64,000 nucleotides of DNA from the IMG/VR virus record IMGVR_UViG_3300042368_001013, positions 27,795-91,794 of that record, one strand, 5' to 3'. Position numbers and translations under genes: made by a program. Shown here in pieces: positions 17,877 to 27,959 of the stretch. Positions within the stretch are counted from its first letter, which is position 1, and each line of letters begins with the position of its first letter. Source of the stretch: a virus. Below the pieces are notes generated by a model that saw nothing but the letters and a program-made list of their open reading frames with translations, made no database searches and was not told the origin of the DNA.

Positions 17877-18529
17877 AAAAAATTTAGGGTACCAGACACC
17901 TCTCTTTCTCCATCTTTTGCTGGGAGAATTGCATATAGTTCTGGTTGATTTTTTGAAATTTTCTCAATTTCTTTTAAGAAAGAATATGGTAAATTATCAA
18001 TCAATTGTTTAAATTCATCGCTGATAAAAGTATCTAAATTATACACTTCATTTTTTACAATTATTGATGTAATGTACTTTTTAAATAAAGATAATTCATC
18101 ATTTAAATCACATTCCAATATTTTCATAATTTTTGGAGTTTTAATTTTTGCATATACACCCTCTTTAATTTGTATATTAACGTCAGTAAGTGTATTTTTT
18201 ACTTGAATGTTATCTATATTAATTTTAAAAGATTCTTCACCAATTTTAAGATTTAGTTCTTCACCAACACTCTTAGATCTAATCTTTAAATACAAGTACT
18301 CAGCATCAGCAAGACATAGATCATCTATATCAACTCCAGAACTGTTTGTTTTTAAAATGTTTACCATTGCCATCAAGCATAGTTTTTTATTTTGTTCTTT
18401 TAAAATAATTGATATATTTTTAGAATCTTTTACTTTAAATGGTACAAATTTTACAGTTTTTTGGCTAACTGGTAATACGGTTTCGTAGGTTGGGTTCAAC
18501 TCTTGAATAATATTTTTCAATTCGTTCAT
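17855..18529 (-). CDS. gp26: Baseplate hub assembly chaperone gp26
   Basis: PTYE..LP.S.K.VKF.PF.VK, D.EYLYLKIRSKSVGE, terminal G..NFF. Confidence 0.9.
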   Translation of the reverse strand: MNELKNIIQELNPTYETVLPVSQKTVKFVPFKVKDSKNISIILKEQNKKLCLMAMVNILKTNSSGVDIDDLCLADAEYLYLKIRSKSVGEELNLKIGEESFKINIDNIQVKNTLTDVNIQIKEGVYAKIKTPKIMKILECDLNDELSLFKKYITSIIVKNEVYNLDTFISDEFKQLIDNLPYSFLKEIEKISKNQPELYAILPAKDGEREVSGTLNFFTLLQTS

Positions 18530-18533
18530 AATT

Positions 18534-19148
18534 TTAAGGGGTACTTGGGGTTGGTGTTACTTCTTGTTTGAATTCTCTAAAACCAAATGTAACAGCATAT
18601 TTTAGATATTTATCGACAAATGCCATACTCATTTCAATTGGTTGTGTTTCTACAGGAAAAACTTCAAAAAAAGTTAATGTATTGTTAGTTCCACCATTAG
18701 GATTTAAAATTTCAATATTCATTGTACAGTTCTTAACAACTCTATCATAATATGGAGTTACATATGCTCCAAAATATAATGGGCTTGCGGAATTTGCTCT
18801 CGGGGATCTATAAAATACATTGAACCAATTATTAAAAAAAGTCAATAAATGTTGATCATTAGTTATTGGAAAAATTAATTGAACACCAAATCCTCCGCTT
18901 AAGATATCTTGACTGCGGGGAACAAATCTTCCTTGACCAAATCCCGATAAATTATCTTGAACCGTATTTATTGCTCTTGGACCCAATGCCATGTATTCGG
19001 CCTGCACATAACCACCGCTATCGTCCCCTAAAACTACGCCAGATGGCAAACCGCTAAAGGACACTTTAAATCTATTGGCTAATTGTAATCCATTATGGTC
19101 AGTAAAATATTGTTTTATTGATGTTATTGGATTAGTTGGTGTTGGCAT
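18534..19148 (-). CDS. Tail-tube-like baseplate protein (gp54-like)
   Basis: GL.LANRFKV, FFNNW, YYD, FEVFP..TQPIEM, VTFGFRE; synteny gp4-gp54-gp26. Confidence 0.7.
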   Translation of the reverse strand: MPTPTNPITSIKQYFTDHNGLQLANRFKVSFSGLPSGVVLGDDSGGYVQAEYMALGPRAINTVQDNLSGFGQGRFVPRSQDILSGGFGVQLIFPITNDQHLLTFFNNWFNVFYRSPRANSASPLYFGAYVTPYYDRVVKNCTMNIEILNPNGGTNNTLTFFEVFPVETQPIEMSMAFVDKYLKYAVTFGFREFKQEVTPTPSTP

Positions 19149-19560
19149 TTGAGAATATTTCTTTTTCTGTTAGTAACTTAAATTGCATATTGTTCTTTTG
19201 GCAAAACGTTTTGGCTGCATTCCATTTTGCATTATTGATAACCCAGATAATTTTTTCTTTTTTAGATGCATTTTCTTTTAAAAAAGTTTGTTTAGCTGGC
19301 TTTACTTCTATTAACCAAGTTTGTAAATTATTTCCATTATTGAATTGAACTAAAAAGTCTGGAAAATAATTATGCATTTTCTTGTCAAGAGGATTTAGAT
19401 ATGGAATAACTATTTCCTCGGATGACCATTTTGTTATATTAATATTTTCATCTAAAAATTTACACACTCTTCTTTCCCATAAGGAACGACATACAATATT
19501 GGTAGCATCTCCAATATATTTTTTTATATTTTTGGGTTTAAATATTGTTTTGTATGCCAT
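19132..19560 (-). CDS. gp4: Head completion nuclease gp4
   Basis: KY.GD..NI..RSLWER, WSSEE..IPY, YFPDF, IEVKP, NNAKW.AA. Confidence 0.95.
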   Translation of the reverse strand: MAYKTIFKPKNIKKYIGDATNIVCRSLWERRVCKFLDENINITKWSSEEIVIPYLNPLDKKMHNYFPDFLVQFNNGNNLQTWLIEVKPAKQTFLKENASKKEKIIWVINNAKWNAAKTFCQKNNMQFKLLTEKEIFSNANTN

Positions 19561-19565
19561 AAAAA

Positions 19566-19589
19566 TATTTAGTTAATTTAAACTAAATA
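19566..19589. promoter_or_regulatory. Divergent late promoter pair for gp4 and gp48 operons
   Basis: ACTAAATA on both strands. Confidence 0.7.
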
Positions 19590-19597
19590 ATAATATA

Positions 19598-20404
19598 ATG
19601 GTTTACTTACGTCAATACCCCATAGCAAGTTCAAGTTTAACTAGCGAAGTTCCATATTGGTTAGTTTTTTATGCTGCTGATTATTCATTAAGAGCAGAAA
19701 ACAGAACTCGTATAGGTATAGCCTCCAGAGCTCATTCTAAATTAGTCTTACCATTTCCAAAAGAACCTGGATATTCTTTACGCCATGAATTTGGAGAAGG
19801 AACTAATCCAGTTGGTCCAGTTCTTTCTATGGCCGCATTAAATAATTCTGGTGGAGATTTTGAACTTTTGTGGAATAGAATAATTGATCCGGCAAAATTT
19901 CAAAATGAATATATGTATGCCACTACTACATATAGAAGATTTTCTAACGTAACAGAAGCCACAATGGTTTCTGAAGCAAGAAGAGAATACAATTTTGAAT
20001 ATATTTTTGTTCCAAAATCTGCAAACGAAAGCATAGAAGTTAGAGATATTGTTGGAACATTTAGAAAATCATCATATCCTGTAGTGGTTGCAGGTTTGCC
20101 AGAAAGATCGTATCCACAATCACTTTGGACGTTAAGAGTAGCAAAAGGCACTCCAATTGGAGGTGGAGATTTAGATTTAAACTTGACTGCTGATTGGCTT
20201 GGTGAACCAATGCCATTGGTTTTAACTTCCATGGTAGTTAAATATAGTGATGCATCAGATCCCATTGTAAGGACTTTGGCAAATGGTTATTCTTCTGTAA
20301 CTCTTTTAGGTTTAACGTTTAGAGAGTTTGAAACTGGAACTTTCAAACCTGGTACAGATCAAGGTGCAATGCTACTATCAAAGTCAGAAATTATAGGTAT
20401 GTAA
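19598..20404 (+). CDS. gp48: Baseplate tail-tube cap gp48-like
   Basis: R.YNFEYIFVPKSANES.EV..I...FR; VLTSM.VKY; L.LTFREFE. Confidence 0.8.
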   Translation: MVYLRQYPIASSSLTSEVPYWLVFYAADYSLRAENRTRIGIASRAHSKLVLPFPKEPGYSLRHEFGEGTNPVGPVLSMAALNNSGGDFELLWNRIIDPAKFQNEYMYATTTYRRFSNVTEATMVSEARREYNFEYIFVPKSANESIEVRDIVGTFRKSSYPVVVAGLPERSYPQSLWTLRVAKGTPIGGGDLDLNLTADWLGEPMPLVLTSMVVKYSDASDPIVRTLANGYSSVTLLGLTFREFETGTFKPGTDQGAMLLSKSEIIGM

Positions 20405-20406
20405 TA

Positions 20407-21234
20407 ATGCATTATTCTCAAAGTTTAGGAAAAATTTTATATACGACCGAACTTGGAACTTTTAATGTTAGTGATTTAACTTCGTATTTTATTTTAGAAA
20501 ATACAAAATTAAGTGCTGCAAATGTTGACGTATCTTCAAATACTACTTTATTGGAATTATCTAATACAGTTTATTCTGATGTAAATCTTTTTTGGTATTT
20601 TTTATATGCCAATAACTCAATAAATCCATTTAATTTATTTGACACCGATACGGCAGATTTACTAAGTGAATATAGTACAAATACACAAATAAATTCAACA
20701 ACACTTAGTGACGGGTATGATGTAATAGTTCCAGAAGGATCATTAATTTTACCTTGGGTAGCCAATTCTGGTGATACTTATAGTTATGGCTCTACTGGAA
20801 ATTTTAGTCTAACTGGTGGATTTGGATTCATAAAGGAATTTAATCCATTTACAAAGGTAGCTACAATTATTCAACCAATTGGTGGTGTCACATTTGCCGT
20901 AAATCAAAAAGTAAATTATCTTGTAAATGGTGATACTTATAGTTCTATTGGATCTTATGGTGGTGAAACCAGATCAATTCAATATGTGCAAACTCAATTA
21001 GAAGCAACAAAAGAAATTAAATATGAAATTTATGGAAATTTACAAGTATTTGGTATGATGGAAGATGATTTGCCCATAACCGAAAAAACTGATAATTTTG
21101 GATTTACTGGTGCAACCAGTGCCATAAGTTATCAGCAATATGCACAAAACAAAAATACAAATATTCAATATTATTTACCATATACTTCAAAGTCGTTTCC
21201 ATTTACAAAAATTACACAAAATTATATTGTCTAA
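20407..21234 (+). CDS. gp53: Baseplate wedge gp53-like
   Basis: ELSNTVYSD..LFWYFLYAN.SINPF LysM-like motif; synteny. Confidence 0.7.
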   Translation: MHYSQSLGKILYTTELGTFNVSDLTSYFILENTKLSAANVDVSSNTTLLELSNTVYSDVNLFWYFLYANNSINPFNLFDTDTADLLSEYSTNTQINSTTLSDGYDVIVPEGSLILPWVANSGDTYSYGSTGNFSLTGGFGFIKEFNPFTKVATIIQPIGGVTFAVNQKVNYLVNGDTYSSIGSYGGETRSIQYVQTQLEATKEIKYEIYGNLQVFGMMEDDLPITEKTDNFGFTGATSAISYQQYAQNKNTNIQYYLPYTSKSFPFTKITQNYIV

Positions 21235-21237
21235 TAT

Positions 21238-23202
21238 ATGCCATACTATACACCTCTAGATTCTCCAATAAAATCAATTTTTCTTGGTGGTATTAATATA
21301 ATACCACAAAATGATCTTTGTCGTTTTGAAAAAATTGAATTTACTGAAAGCGTATTTGATTTATTTCCAAATGGTTGTTTAGTTGTAAGAGATCTGAATG
21401 ATGTTATAAGTTACGTTAACAATTTATCTAATAAAAATTTTACAATTACATATGATAATGGAAACAGCGAAACATTTTATATAAATGGAACTGTGCATTT
21501 AAATAACGCCGCATCAGAGACAGAAGAAAACTTTATTGGAATAAATTTTACAAATAAATTATTTCTTTTAAATCAAAATCTTTCTGTTACTAATTTATTA
21601 AAATCTTCTGGATTTCCACAAGTTTATAATATTGAAACTTTTTATTCTGAAATGGTAGCAAAAATAAAACAAAATTCTAATACTTCAGGCATTGATGCGC
21701 CCAAATTAACTAATTTGGGTTCAAGAAAATTTTCTAATGTAATAGCGTATCGACCAATAAATCCACTAGAAGGTAAAACTGATGAAGCCAGTGAAAATCC
21801 TATTCAGTACATGAATTATATTTCAAGCTTGGCTTGTGATTCAAATACTTCTCAACCAAGATTTTTATTTTGGACAGGATTTAATAATGATATTAATTTA
21901 AAATATTTTAGTGAAACTTTTGCCAATGAAACTGTATATGGTTATTATGGAGTATATCAACAAGATATTCCAAGTTTGATATCAGCGGGTGCGTTAAGAA
22001 AGAAAATTTACGTATTAACAACATCCCCTGCATATCAATATTTAAATAGACAGTATTATTATACAAGAAAAACACCAAAACTTTTAAATAAATCATCATC
22101 ATCTACAACATCTGATGAGACTATTCTAATGAATCATCAGTTTTTGGATGATGGTACAAAGTATGATATTGAATTTGTAGTCGAATCAGGGGTCGTAAAT
22201 AACTTATCGGGCACTATTGGATTAAGCTCTTTAGAATATACAAATCATTATGGATACTATAACAAAAATGATACATTTACTCCATATGGCAATTCTACTT
22301 TATTGGGAATGGAATATGGCGTAAGTGATGTTTACGCAAATAAAGATATTATGGGTGTGGTTGCTCCATATCCATTTATTGATAATCCAGAGATGTGGAA
22401 AAATATGTGGGATATGACTCCCGTACATCCTAATATAGGCACATCAATAACTGGATCTATTACAGCTACAAATACTAATTTACAAAAAGTTTTTCAAGTT
22501 AGAGAATCATCAAAAACTTCAACTTCTAAATTAGAAAAAATAAAAGAAATAGAATTACAAAATTTTGTTTATTATGTTCTTTGTTGTTTAAAGGAACCTG
22601 TAGATCAAATAGAACAAGAAGAGACTTTTTTTGCTTGTCTTACAGGATGGCAACTTGATACAACCAATCCAAAACTTGGTTTGAATGGTGAGCCTTTGAC
22701 ATATAGATATACTTGGAAACGAATTGGTGTAAATTTACTGTTTAATGACATTAATTTTTTTAATTTTACAAATCCAGAATTATCTCCTTGGGAACAAATG
22801 GATGAAGGTTCTGACCCACAAGATATTGAAACATGGGCTATAAATATAAATGAAAGAAAAAATTCTCTGTTAGGTGGCGATGTTTTAGGGGCATATTATG
22901 GTCCTGGTTGGTATACACAAAATTTAACAGAACCTGTTTTTAAAGATTCGGTTACTTATAGACCAATTGGCAATAGGGGTGGAAATTTAGAAGAATTCGT
23001 AGATGGTACTACCTGCCGTCATATTGTTATGATGAAAAAAATACCATTTATTCAAATTGTTTTAAACGCTAAAAATTATGAAGATGTAATTGGTATTGAT
23101 CAGCAAAAGTTATTAGAATATATTGAAGCTTCAAAAGGAAAGTATCTATATTGCTTTGAACTATCTAACGTTACAGATGGTAAGTGCAATCCTATACAAT
23201 AA
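21238..23202 (+). CDS. Baseplate hub gp27-like, N-terminal part with long extension
   Basis: IEFTESVF..FPNG.LVVRD and later FLFW....INLK; position after gp53. Confidence 0.55.
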   Translation: MPYYTPLDSPIKSIFLGGINIIPQNDLCRFEKIEFTESVFDLFPNGCLVVRDLNDVISYVNNLSNKNFTITYDNGNSETFYINGTVHLNNAASETEENFIGINFTNKLFLLNQNLSVTNLLKSSGFPQVYNIETFYSEMVAKIKQNSNTSGIDAPKLTNLGSRKFSNVIAYRPINPLEGKTDEASENPIQYMNYISSLACDSNTSQPRFLFWTGFNNDINLKYFSETFANETVYGYYGVYQQDIPSLISAGALRKKIYVLTTSPAYQYLNRQYYYTRKTPKLLNKSSSSTTSDETILMNHQFLDDGTKYDIEFVVESGVVNNLSGTIGLSSLEYTNHYGYYNKNDTFTPYGNSTLLGMEYGVSDVYANKDIMGVVAPYPFIDNPEMWKNMWDMTPVHPNIGTSITGSITATNTNLQKVFQVRESSKTSTSKLEKIKEIELQNFVYYVLCCLKEPVDQIEQEETFFACLTGWQLDTTNPKLGLNGEPLTYRYTWKRIGVNLLFNDINFFNFTNPELSPWEQMDEGSDPQDIETWAININERKNSLLGGDVLGAYYGPGWYTQNLTEPVFKDSVTYRPIGNRGGNLEEFVDGTTCRHIVMMKKIPFIQIVLNAKNYEDVIGIDQQKLLEYIEASKGKYLYCFELSNVTDGKCNPIQ

Positions 23203-23210
23203 GGAAATTT

Positions 23211-23936
23211 ATGGCTGATTATATACCACAAGCTAAACAGATTAAAACAGTAAGTGCTGGTGAGGTAAGATATCTATTATATTCTCCCGGTTCACGGGAT
23301 ACTTATGAATGCGCAAATCCTTTTATTACTCGTGGACTAACTCAATCAGCCAGCACCTATGATGATTGTAAAAATAATTCATTATATGGAGCAAAGGTAA
23401 AAGCAGTTGCAGATGCTGTTGCTGGTGGAGAATTTATTCCTAATTGGTTTGGACCTCCATCTTTGACTGACGATACGCCTTCTTCAATTGATAGCGTTCT
23501 TATTGGAGATCTTTCTCCCGAGTGCGGTAGTATTGAAACCAAACTTGGTGCAGATTGGAAGGGTTGTTTTTGGGCTGCGCCTGATGCTTTGTTCAGCTGC
23601 GAATGCCCAGAAGTTGGTTCTAAGTACTTAGAGTACCTAAAACTAAGATTAAATGTGGCAACATTCTGGAATACTCCAGTAGAAACACCTATTAAAAGAA
23701 AAAGATTTTTAGATGCCATTACATATGGTCCAAAAATTACAATAGTAGTTGCTCCTGATCTCAGACTAAGACCTGGTGTTGTTATTGATGTTGCTGCAAA
23801 TGCAATAAGCGGTTATAATACAAGTACATCAAATTCAGTAATAAGCAAAAAATATTATGTAATTTCTGTAAAAAGCACTCTTACAAATTCTGGTGTTGGA
23901 GAAACTGCAGTTACTGCTGTAGAACTTCTATACTAA
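23211..23936 (+). CDS. Protein ending in a gp27/late-control-D C-terminal-like domain; Cys-rich N-half
   Basis: ITIVVAPDLRLRPGVVIDV...KKYYVISVKSTL; AAGGA RBS before 23211. Confidence 0.55.
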   Translation: MADYIPQAKQIKTVSAGEVRYLLYSPGSRDTYECANPFITRGLTQSASTYDDCKNNSLYGAKVKAVADAVAGGEFIPNWFGPPSLTDDTPSSIDSVLIGDLSPECGSIETKLGADWKGCFWAAPDALFSCECPEVGSKYLEYLKLRLNVATFWNTPVETPIKRKRFLDAITYGPKITIVVAPDLRLRPGVVIDVAANAISGYNTSTSNSVISKKYYVISVKSTLTNSGVGETAVTAVELLY

Positions 23937-23944
23937 ATATTACG

Positions 23945-24328
23945 ATGATAAATTTAAAAGATTTTAATATCTTAGGATTAAAAATTAGCTCCAGCGCAGA
24001 AAAAAAAGATATTGCGATGGTTACGGGTTTTAACGAATATATTCAAAAAATAGAAAATATTTGTAAAACACAAAAAGGTGAATTGCCATCGGACCCTTAT
24101 GTGGGTTCTGATTACTATAATCTAATTTTTAATCCTTCTGGTATTCAAAATTTAATTGAAACAGATCTTGAAAATTATATACAATATGCTATCAAAGACA
24201 TTAACAATATAAATGTTAGAATTAAATATTTTAATGATCAAAAAGTGATATTTGCTATAAAATTTTCTGCAGACACTTATTTAAAAAATCAACTGATGGA
24301 ATGCACAATTGAGGTCCCACTGCAATGA
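23945..24328 (+). CDS. gp25: Baseplate wedge gp25
   Basis: I.NI..TQKGE.P.DP.VGS...LIF. Confidence 0.85.
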   Translation: MINLKDFNILGLKISSSAEKKDIAMVTGFNEYIQKIENICKTQKGELPSDPYVGSDYYNLIFNPSGIQNLIETDLENYIQYAIKDINNINVRIKYFNDQKVIFAIKFSADTYLKNQLMECTIEVPLQ

Positions 24329-25395
24329 GCTTAAACTTTAAAAATTTAGATGTTGCTTCTCTTGATTATAATGAAATTATAACATCATTAAAAAACTTTT
24401 TAAAGAGCGAACCTACTTTAAAAGATTTGGATTATGATAGTTCAGCCAGTGCAGTTAATATGTTATTGAACATATTGGCAACAGCAACGGCTTATAATGG
24501 TGTATATGCTCAGTTAGGTTATAAAGAATCTTTTGTTAGTACTGCTACTCTTTTACCTTCACTTGTTGGCTTGGCTTCTAATTCTTCTATACTTTTGGAA
24601 GTTAAAAAATCAGCATCTACAACCAGAAATATTATTACTTATGGCGCTCTGAGCGCATATACTCCGTTTTATGCAACTAGCACCAGAGGAACAAATTTAT
24701 TGTTTTTTAACATAGAAGATGTTCCGGCAGCAACAACAAGCACAATAACTTTATATTGCGGATCCGAAGTTGTTCAATATGGTAGCTGGGATTTTAATAG
24801 TCAATCAATGACCTTGCCATTAACAGTAGATCCAAATACCATTACTATGGCATCAACTGATGTAGATGGAAATACTATTTCTTGGGAAAGAGTAGATAAA
24901 TCAAATCCAGCCTCAACAACAACTGGTTATTATTTTACAGTTTTAAATACAGTTAATGGTTACTTGGTAACTTCTAATTTACCAGAATCGTTTGTTTTAA
25001 CAAATGATTATACTGTTTACTGCAAAGCCGTTATTTCAAATGGCGCAGAGGGAAACGAAGCTACTTTAGCCACAAATAGCAGCTATGCTGGATTCTTAAC
25101 AATTTCTACACCAACAGGCGGTTATGATTCTCTTTCCACAACAAATGCAAAATCAAAAATTAATTTTTCAGCAAGAGCACAACATCGTTGTGTTACTTTG
25201 ACAGATTTTAAAAATGCAATATTGGCTTCTAGTATTGTAACTACATCAGAAGATCAAATAACTGTTGTCAATGCAGACCAACCAAGTACTATAAAAATTT
25301 ATGTAAATGGTATCAGTGAATCTGAAAGCAATGATCTTATTACATACTTGAGTGACATATCAGTAGCTGGTATCAACTTAATATATTCACAATAA
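24325..25395 (+). CDS. gp6: Baseplate wedge gp6 (short, 356 aa)
   Basis: LDYNEI..SLKNFLK.....KDLDY..S...LL.ILA; AQHRCVT..DF. Confidence 0.85.
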   Translation: MSLNFKNLDVASLDYNEIITSLKNFLKSEPTLKDLDYDSSASAVNMLLNILATATAYNGVYAQLGYKESFVSTATLLPSLVGLASNSSILLEVKKSASTTRNIITYGALSAYTPFYATSTRGTNLLFFNIEDVPAATTSTITLYCGSEVVQYGSWDFNSQSMTLPLTVDPNTITMASTDVDGNTISWERVDKSNPASTTTGYYFTVLNTVNGYLVTSNLPESFVLTNDYTVYCKAVISNGAEGNEATLATNSSYAGFLTISTPTGGYDSLSTTNAKSKINFSARAQHRCVTLTDFKNAILASSIVTTSEDQITVVNADQPSTIKIYVNGISESESNDLITYLSDISVAGINLIYSQ

Positions 25396-25396
25396 A

Positions 25397-26020
25397 ATGC
25401 TTTTACTATTTAATAAAATTCCAGTAACGCTTGAGGTAAAACTCAAAAAAATGGTAGAAAATGCCAAAAGCACTTTAGGATCAGATTTTTATAATTTGGC
25501 CGGAAGTCCTTGGTTTGGCGATAAATTGACTGTAAAATCTTTATTTCCAAACTGGATTTATAAAGAATCTATAAAAGATCCTTCTAATGTATTAATTGTT
25601 AAAATTATTCAATCATATTTAAGATGGCTTTTTAGTGAAAAATATGGATACGGTGGTAAAATTGATTGGGAAAATATTCAATGCCCATGGACAATAAATG
25701 ATAAATTTTTAGAAGGTTTATCTGATAAATATTTTCCATATGAAGATTTTTCTGAAGGTTCAGTTTTAAGAGATTTACTTCCAAACATTAAAAAATTTGC
25801 TATTAATTGTGATGAAAATTATTATAATATGAAAGGAAGTTGTATGGCTGTAAAATATCTTTTAACAACTTTAATAAATCTTCCGATAGATCAATGTGAT
25901 GTACAAACTGGAAGCCCAGGTTTTATGATAGTCCGGGCAAATGTTCCAGAAAAATATAAACCATTTTTAAATAGATCAGTATATCCAGCAGGAACTTATA
26001 TCTTATACGAAACTCCATGA
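25397..26020 (+). CDS. gp7-like wedge protein (short, 207 aa)
   Basis: FP.W...IIQSYL.WL, YYNMKGS..AVKYL, terminal YPAG (cf. HPAG); follows gp6. Confidence 0.6.
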   Translation: MLLLFNKIPVTLEVKLKKMVENAKSTLGSDFYNLAGSPWFGDKLTVKSLFPNWIYKESIKDPSNVLIVKIIQSYLRWLFSEKYGYGGKIDWENIQCPWTINDKFLEGLSDKYFPYEDFSEGSVLRDLLPNIKKFAINCDENYYNMKGSCMAVKYLLTTLINLPIDQCDVQTGSPGFMIVRANVPEKYKPFLNRSVYPAGTYILYETP

Positions 26021-26460
26021 TAAGTAAAATAATGATGTTTGCGATGTCTATCGCATCACGTGGAAAAGATAATAATAAAATAAATGATGATGTAAAGAAA
26101 CTGAGATATGTTTCTTGTTTTGGAATAGGTAATCCAAAACCATGCTCTAATCTTAAAAAAAGCGACAAATCAAATTTTTATTACTGTGGTGGATGTGGTT
26201 GTGGTGACCATAGCCACACATGGCTTTTAAGAGAACATGGAACATATTCTAAGCTAGATTATCCATATTTAAACTGCCCTTTAAAAATGCCAGGGTTTTC
26301 AAACTATGATCCAAACTCTCCAGAACAAGATTTGCATAGAAAAAAACAAATTGAAAATTTGCCACCTGAGATTGTTCAAAGAGTAAATCTTACAGTATCT
26401 GTAAATAAACAAAAACAAGATATGTTTGATGCTATAAATAAAATTATTGAAAATTCATAA
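26017..26460 (+). CDS. Cys-rich protein, distant paralog of 2685..3389
   Basis: CGGCGC...KLDYPYLNCP. Confidence 0.65.
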   Translation: MISKIMMFAMSIASRGKDNNKINDDVKKLRYVSCFGIGNPKPCSNLKKSDKSNFYYCGGCGCGDHSHTWLLREHGTYSKLDYPYLNCPLKMPGFSNYDPNSPEQDLHRKKQIENLPPEIVQRVNLTVSVNKQKQDMFDAINKIIENS

Positions 26461-26468
26461 ATAATTTT

Positions 26469-27299
26469 ATGGCGGCAACAACTAGACAACAATTTATCGA
26501 CTATTGTTTTAGAAACTTGGGTGCTCCTGTAATACAGGTAAATATAGATCCACAACAAGCACAGGATCGTTTAGATGAAGCATTAGAGTATATGTTTGAA
26601 AGACACTTTGATTTTAATCAAAGGGCTTTGTTTTTATACACTATGACTTCTGATGATATTAACAGAAGATATTTTGATACCACTACATTTGGTAGTGCTG
26701 TTGGTGCCCAACCAAGATATGACCCATCTACTGGTATTACTGGTGATTGGCCACAAGCAACTGACATTAGAACTATTACAAAAGTTTATACACCATCAGA
26801 TGTTTCTGGGTCTTATATGTTTGATTTGAGATATCAATTAACTTTATTTGATTTCTTTGGTTTGTATTTCAATCAAGGAGCTTTGAATAGTGGACCAATG
26901 GCATCCTATATGGAATCCATGAGTTATTTAAAAATGGTTAATGATGTATTTAATTATCCACCTGCCTATACATACACCAGAACAACTGATCGTCTTACAT
27001 TAGATCTAGATTGGACTCGATTGGTTCCTGGATCATATCTTTTGGTTGAATCCTATGTTCAAATTGATCCAAATCAATATCAAAAAGTTTGGCAAGATAG
27101 AGTATTTAAAAAGTATTACACAGCATTATTAAAGAAACAATGGGCACAAAATTTAATGAAGTTTGCTGGGGTGCCATTGCCTGGTGGCGCCCAATTAAAT
27201 TCTGCAGCCATAATGGCTGAAGCATTGAATGAACTAAATCAAATCGAAATAACGCTAACAAAAACACAAGAATTGCCACCAGATCCAATGATAGGATAA
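26469..27299 (+). CDS. gp13: Neck protein gp13
   Basis: TRQQFIDYC.R.LGAPVI.VN; KKY.TAL.KKQW.QNL.KF.GV.LPGG. Confidence 0.95.
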   Translation: MAATTRQQFIDYCFRNLGAPVIQVNIDPQQAQDRLDEALEYMFERHFDFNQRALFLYTMTSDDINRRYFDTTTFGSAVGAQPRYDPSTGITGDWPQATDIRTITKVYTPSDVSGSYMFDLRYQLTLFDFFGLYFNQGALNSGPMASYMESMSYLKMVNDVFNYPPAYTYTRTTDRLTLDLDWTRLVPGSYLLVESYVQIDPNQYQKVWQDRVFKKYYTALLKKQWAQNLMKFAGVPLPGGAQLNSAAIMAEALNELNQIEITLTKTQELPPDPMIG

Positions 27300-27302
27300 C
27301 AT

Positions 27303-27953
27303 TTGAAAAATCCGTATTTTCAAAATTATGAGCCAGAACAAGATTTAGTAGAAGGAATAACAATTGAAATTATTCAAGCTACTGGAGTTGACTGCTATTA
27401 TATTCCTAGAGACTATCTTTCAATAGATAAAATATTTGGAGAAGATCCTGGTTCCTACTTTGACAATGCATATGTTTTAGAAATGTATTTACAATCATTT
27501 AAAGGGTTTGAAGGAAACGATGTTATCACTCAGTTTGGTTTGGAAATCAAAGATAAAGTAAATTTAGTTTTTGCTAGAAAAAGATTTAAACAAGAAGTTA
27601 CAAATAAAAATTCAGCACTAACGAGACCTCGTGAAGGAGATTTGATTTATTTTCCACCATCAAAGTCATTGTTTGAAATAAACTTTGTAGAACATGAAAA
27701 TCCATTTTATCCACTGGGAAGATTGTATTCATATTTTATAACAGCTGAACTCTTTACTTACAGTTACGAAAAACTTTCTACTTCTATAAATGCCGTTGAT
27801 CAGCTTGTAAATAATACTAGAGGATTCTCTGGAAGTACAATAATTCCATTGAATAACGGACTTGGGACTACTGCTGGCGTAAATGATGTTCTTCAAACTG
27901 AAGCTGCGGGGTACACATTTGATCCGAATAATCCATTTATTGATTGCGAGTAA
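27303..27953 (+). CDS. gp14: Neck protein gp14
   Basis: NPYF..EQDL.E....E.I, YIPR, RPREGDLIYFP, FEI.FVEHE.PFY.LG. Confidence 0.95.
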   Translation: MKNPYFQNYEPEQDLVEGITIEIIQATGVDCYYIPRDYLSIDKIFGEDPGSYFDNAYVLEMYLQSFKGFEGNDVITQFGLEIKDKVNLVFARKRFKQEVTNKNSALTRPREGDLIYFPPSKSLFEINFVEHENPFYPLGRLYSYFITAELFTYSYEKLSTSINAVDQLVNNTRGFSGSTIIPLNNGLGTTAGVNDVLQTEAAGYTFDPNNPFIDCE

Positions 27954-27959
27954 TAAACT

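Noticed and set aside
19132-19560. TnsA-like nuclease suggesting a Tn7 element
   Set aside because: It is T4 gp4, which shares that fold, in its normal position; no other transposition genes or ends are present.
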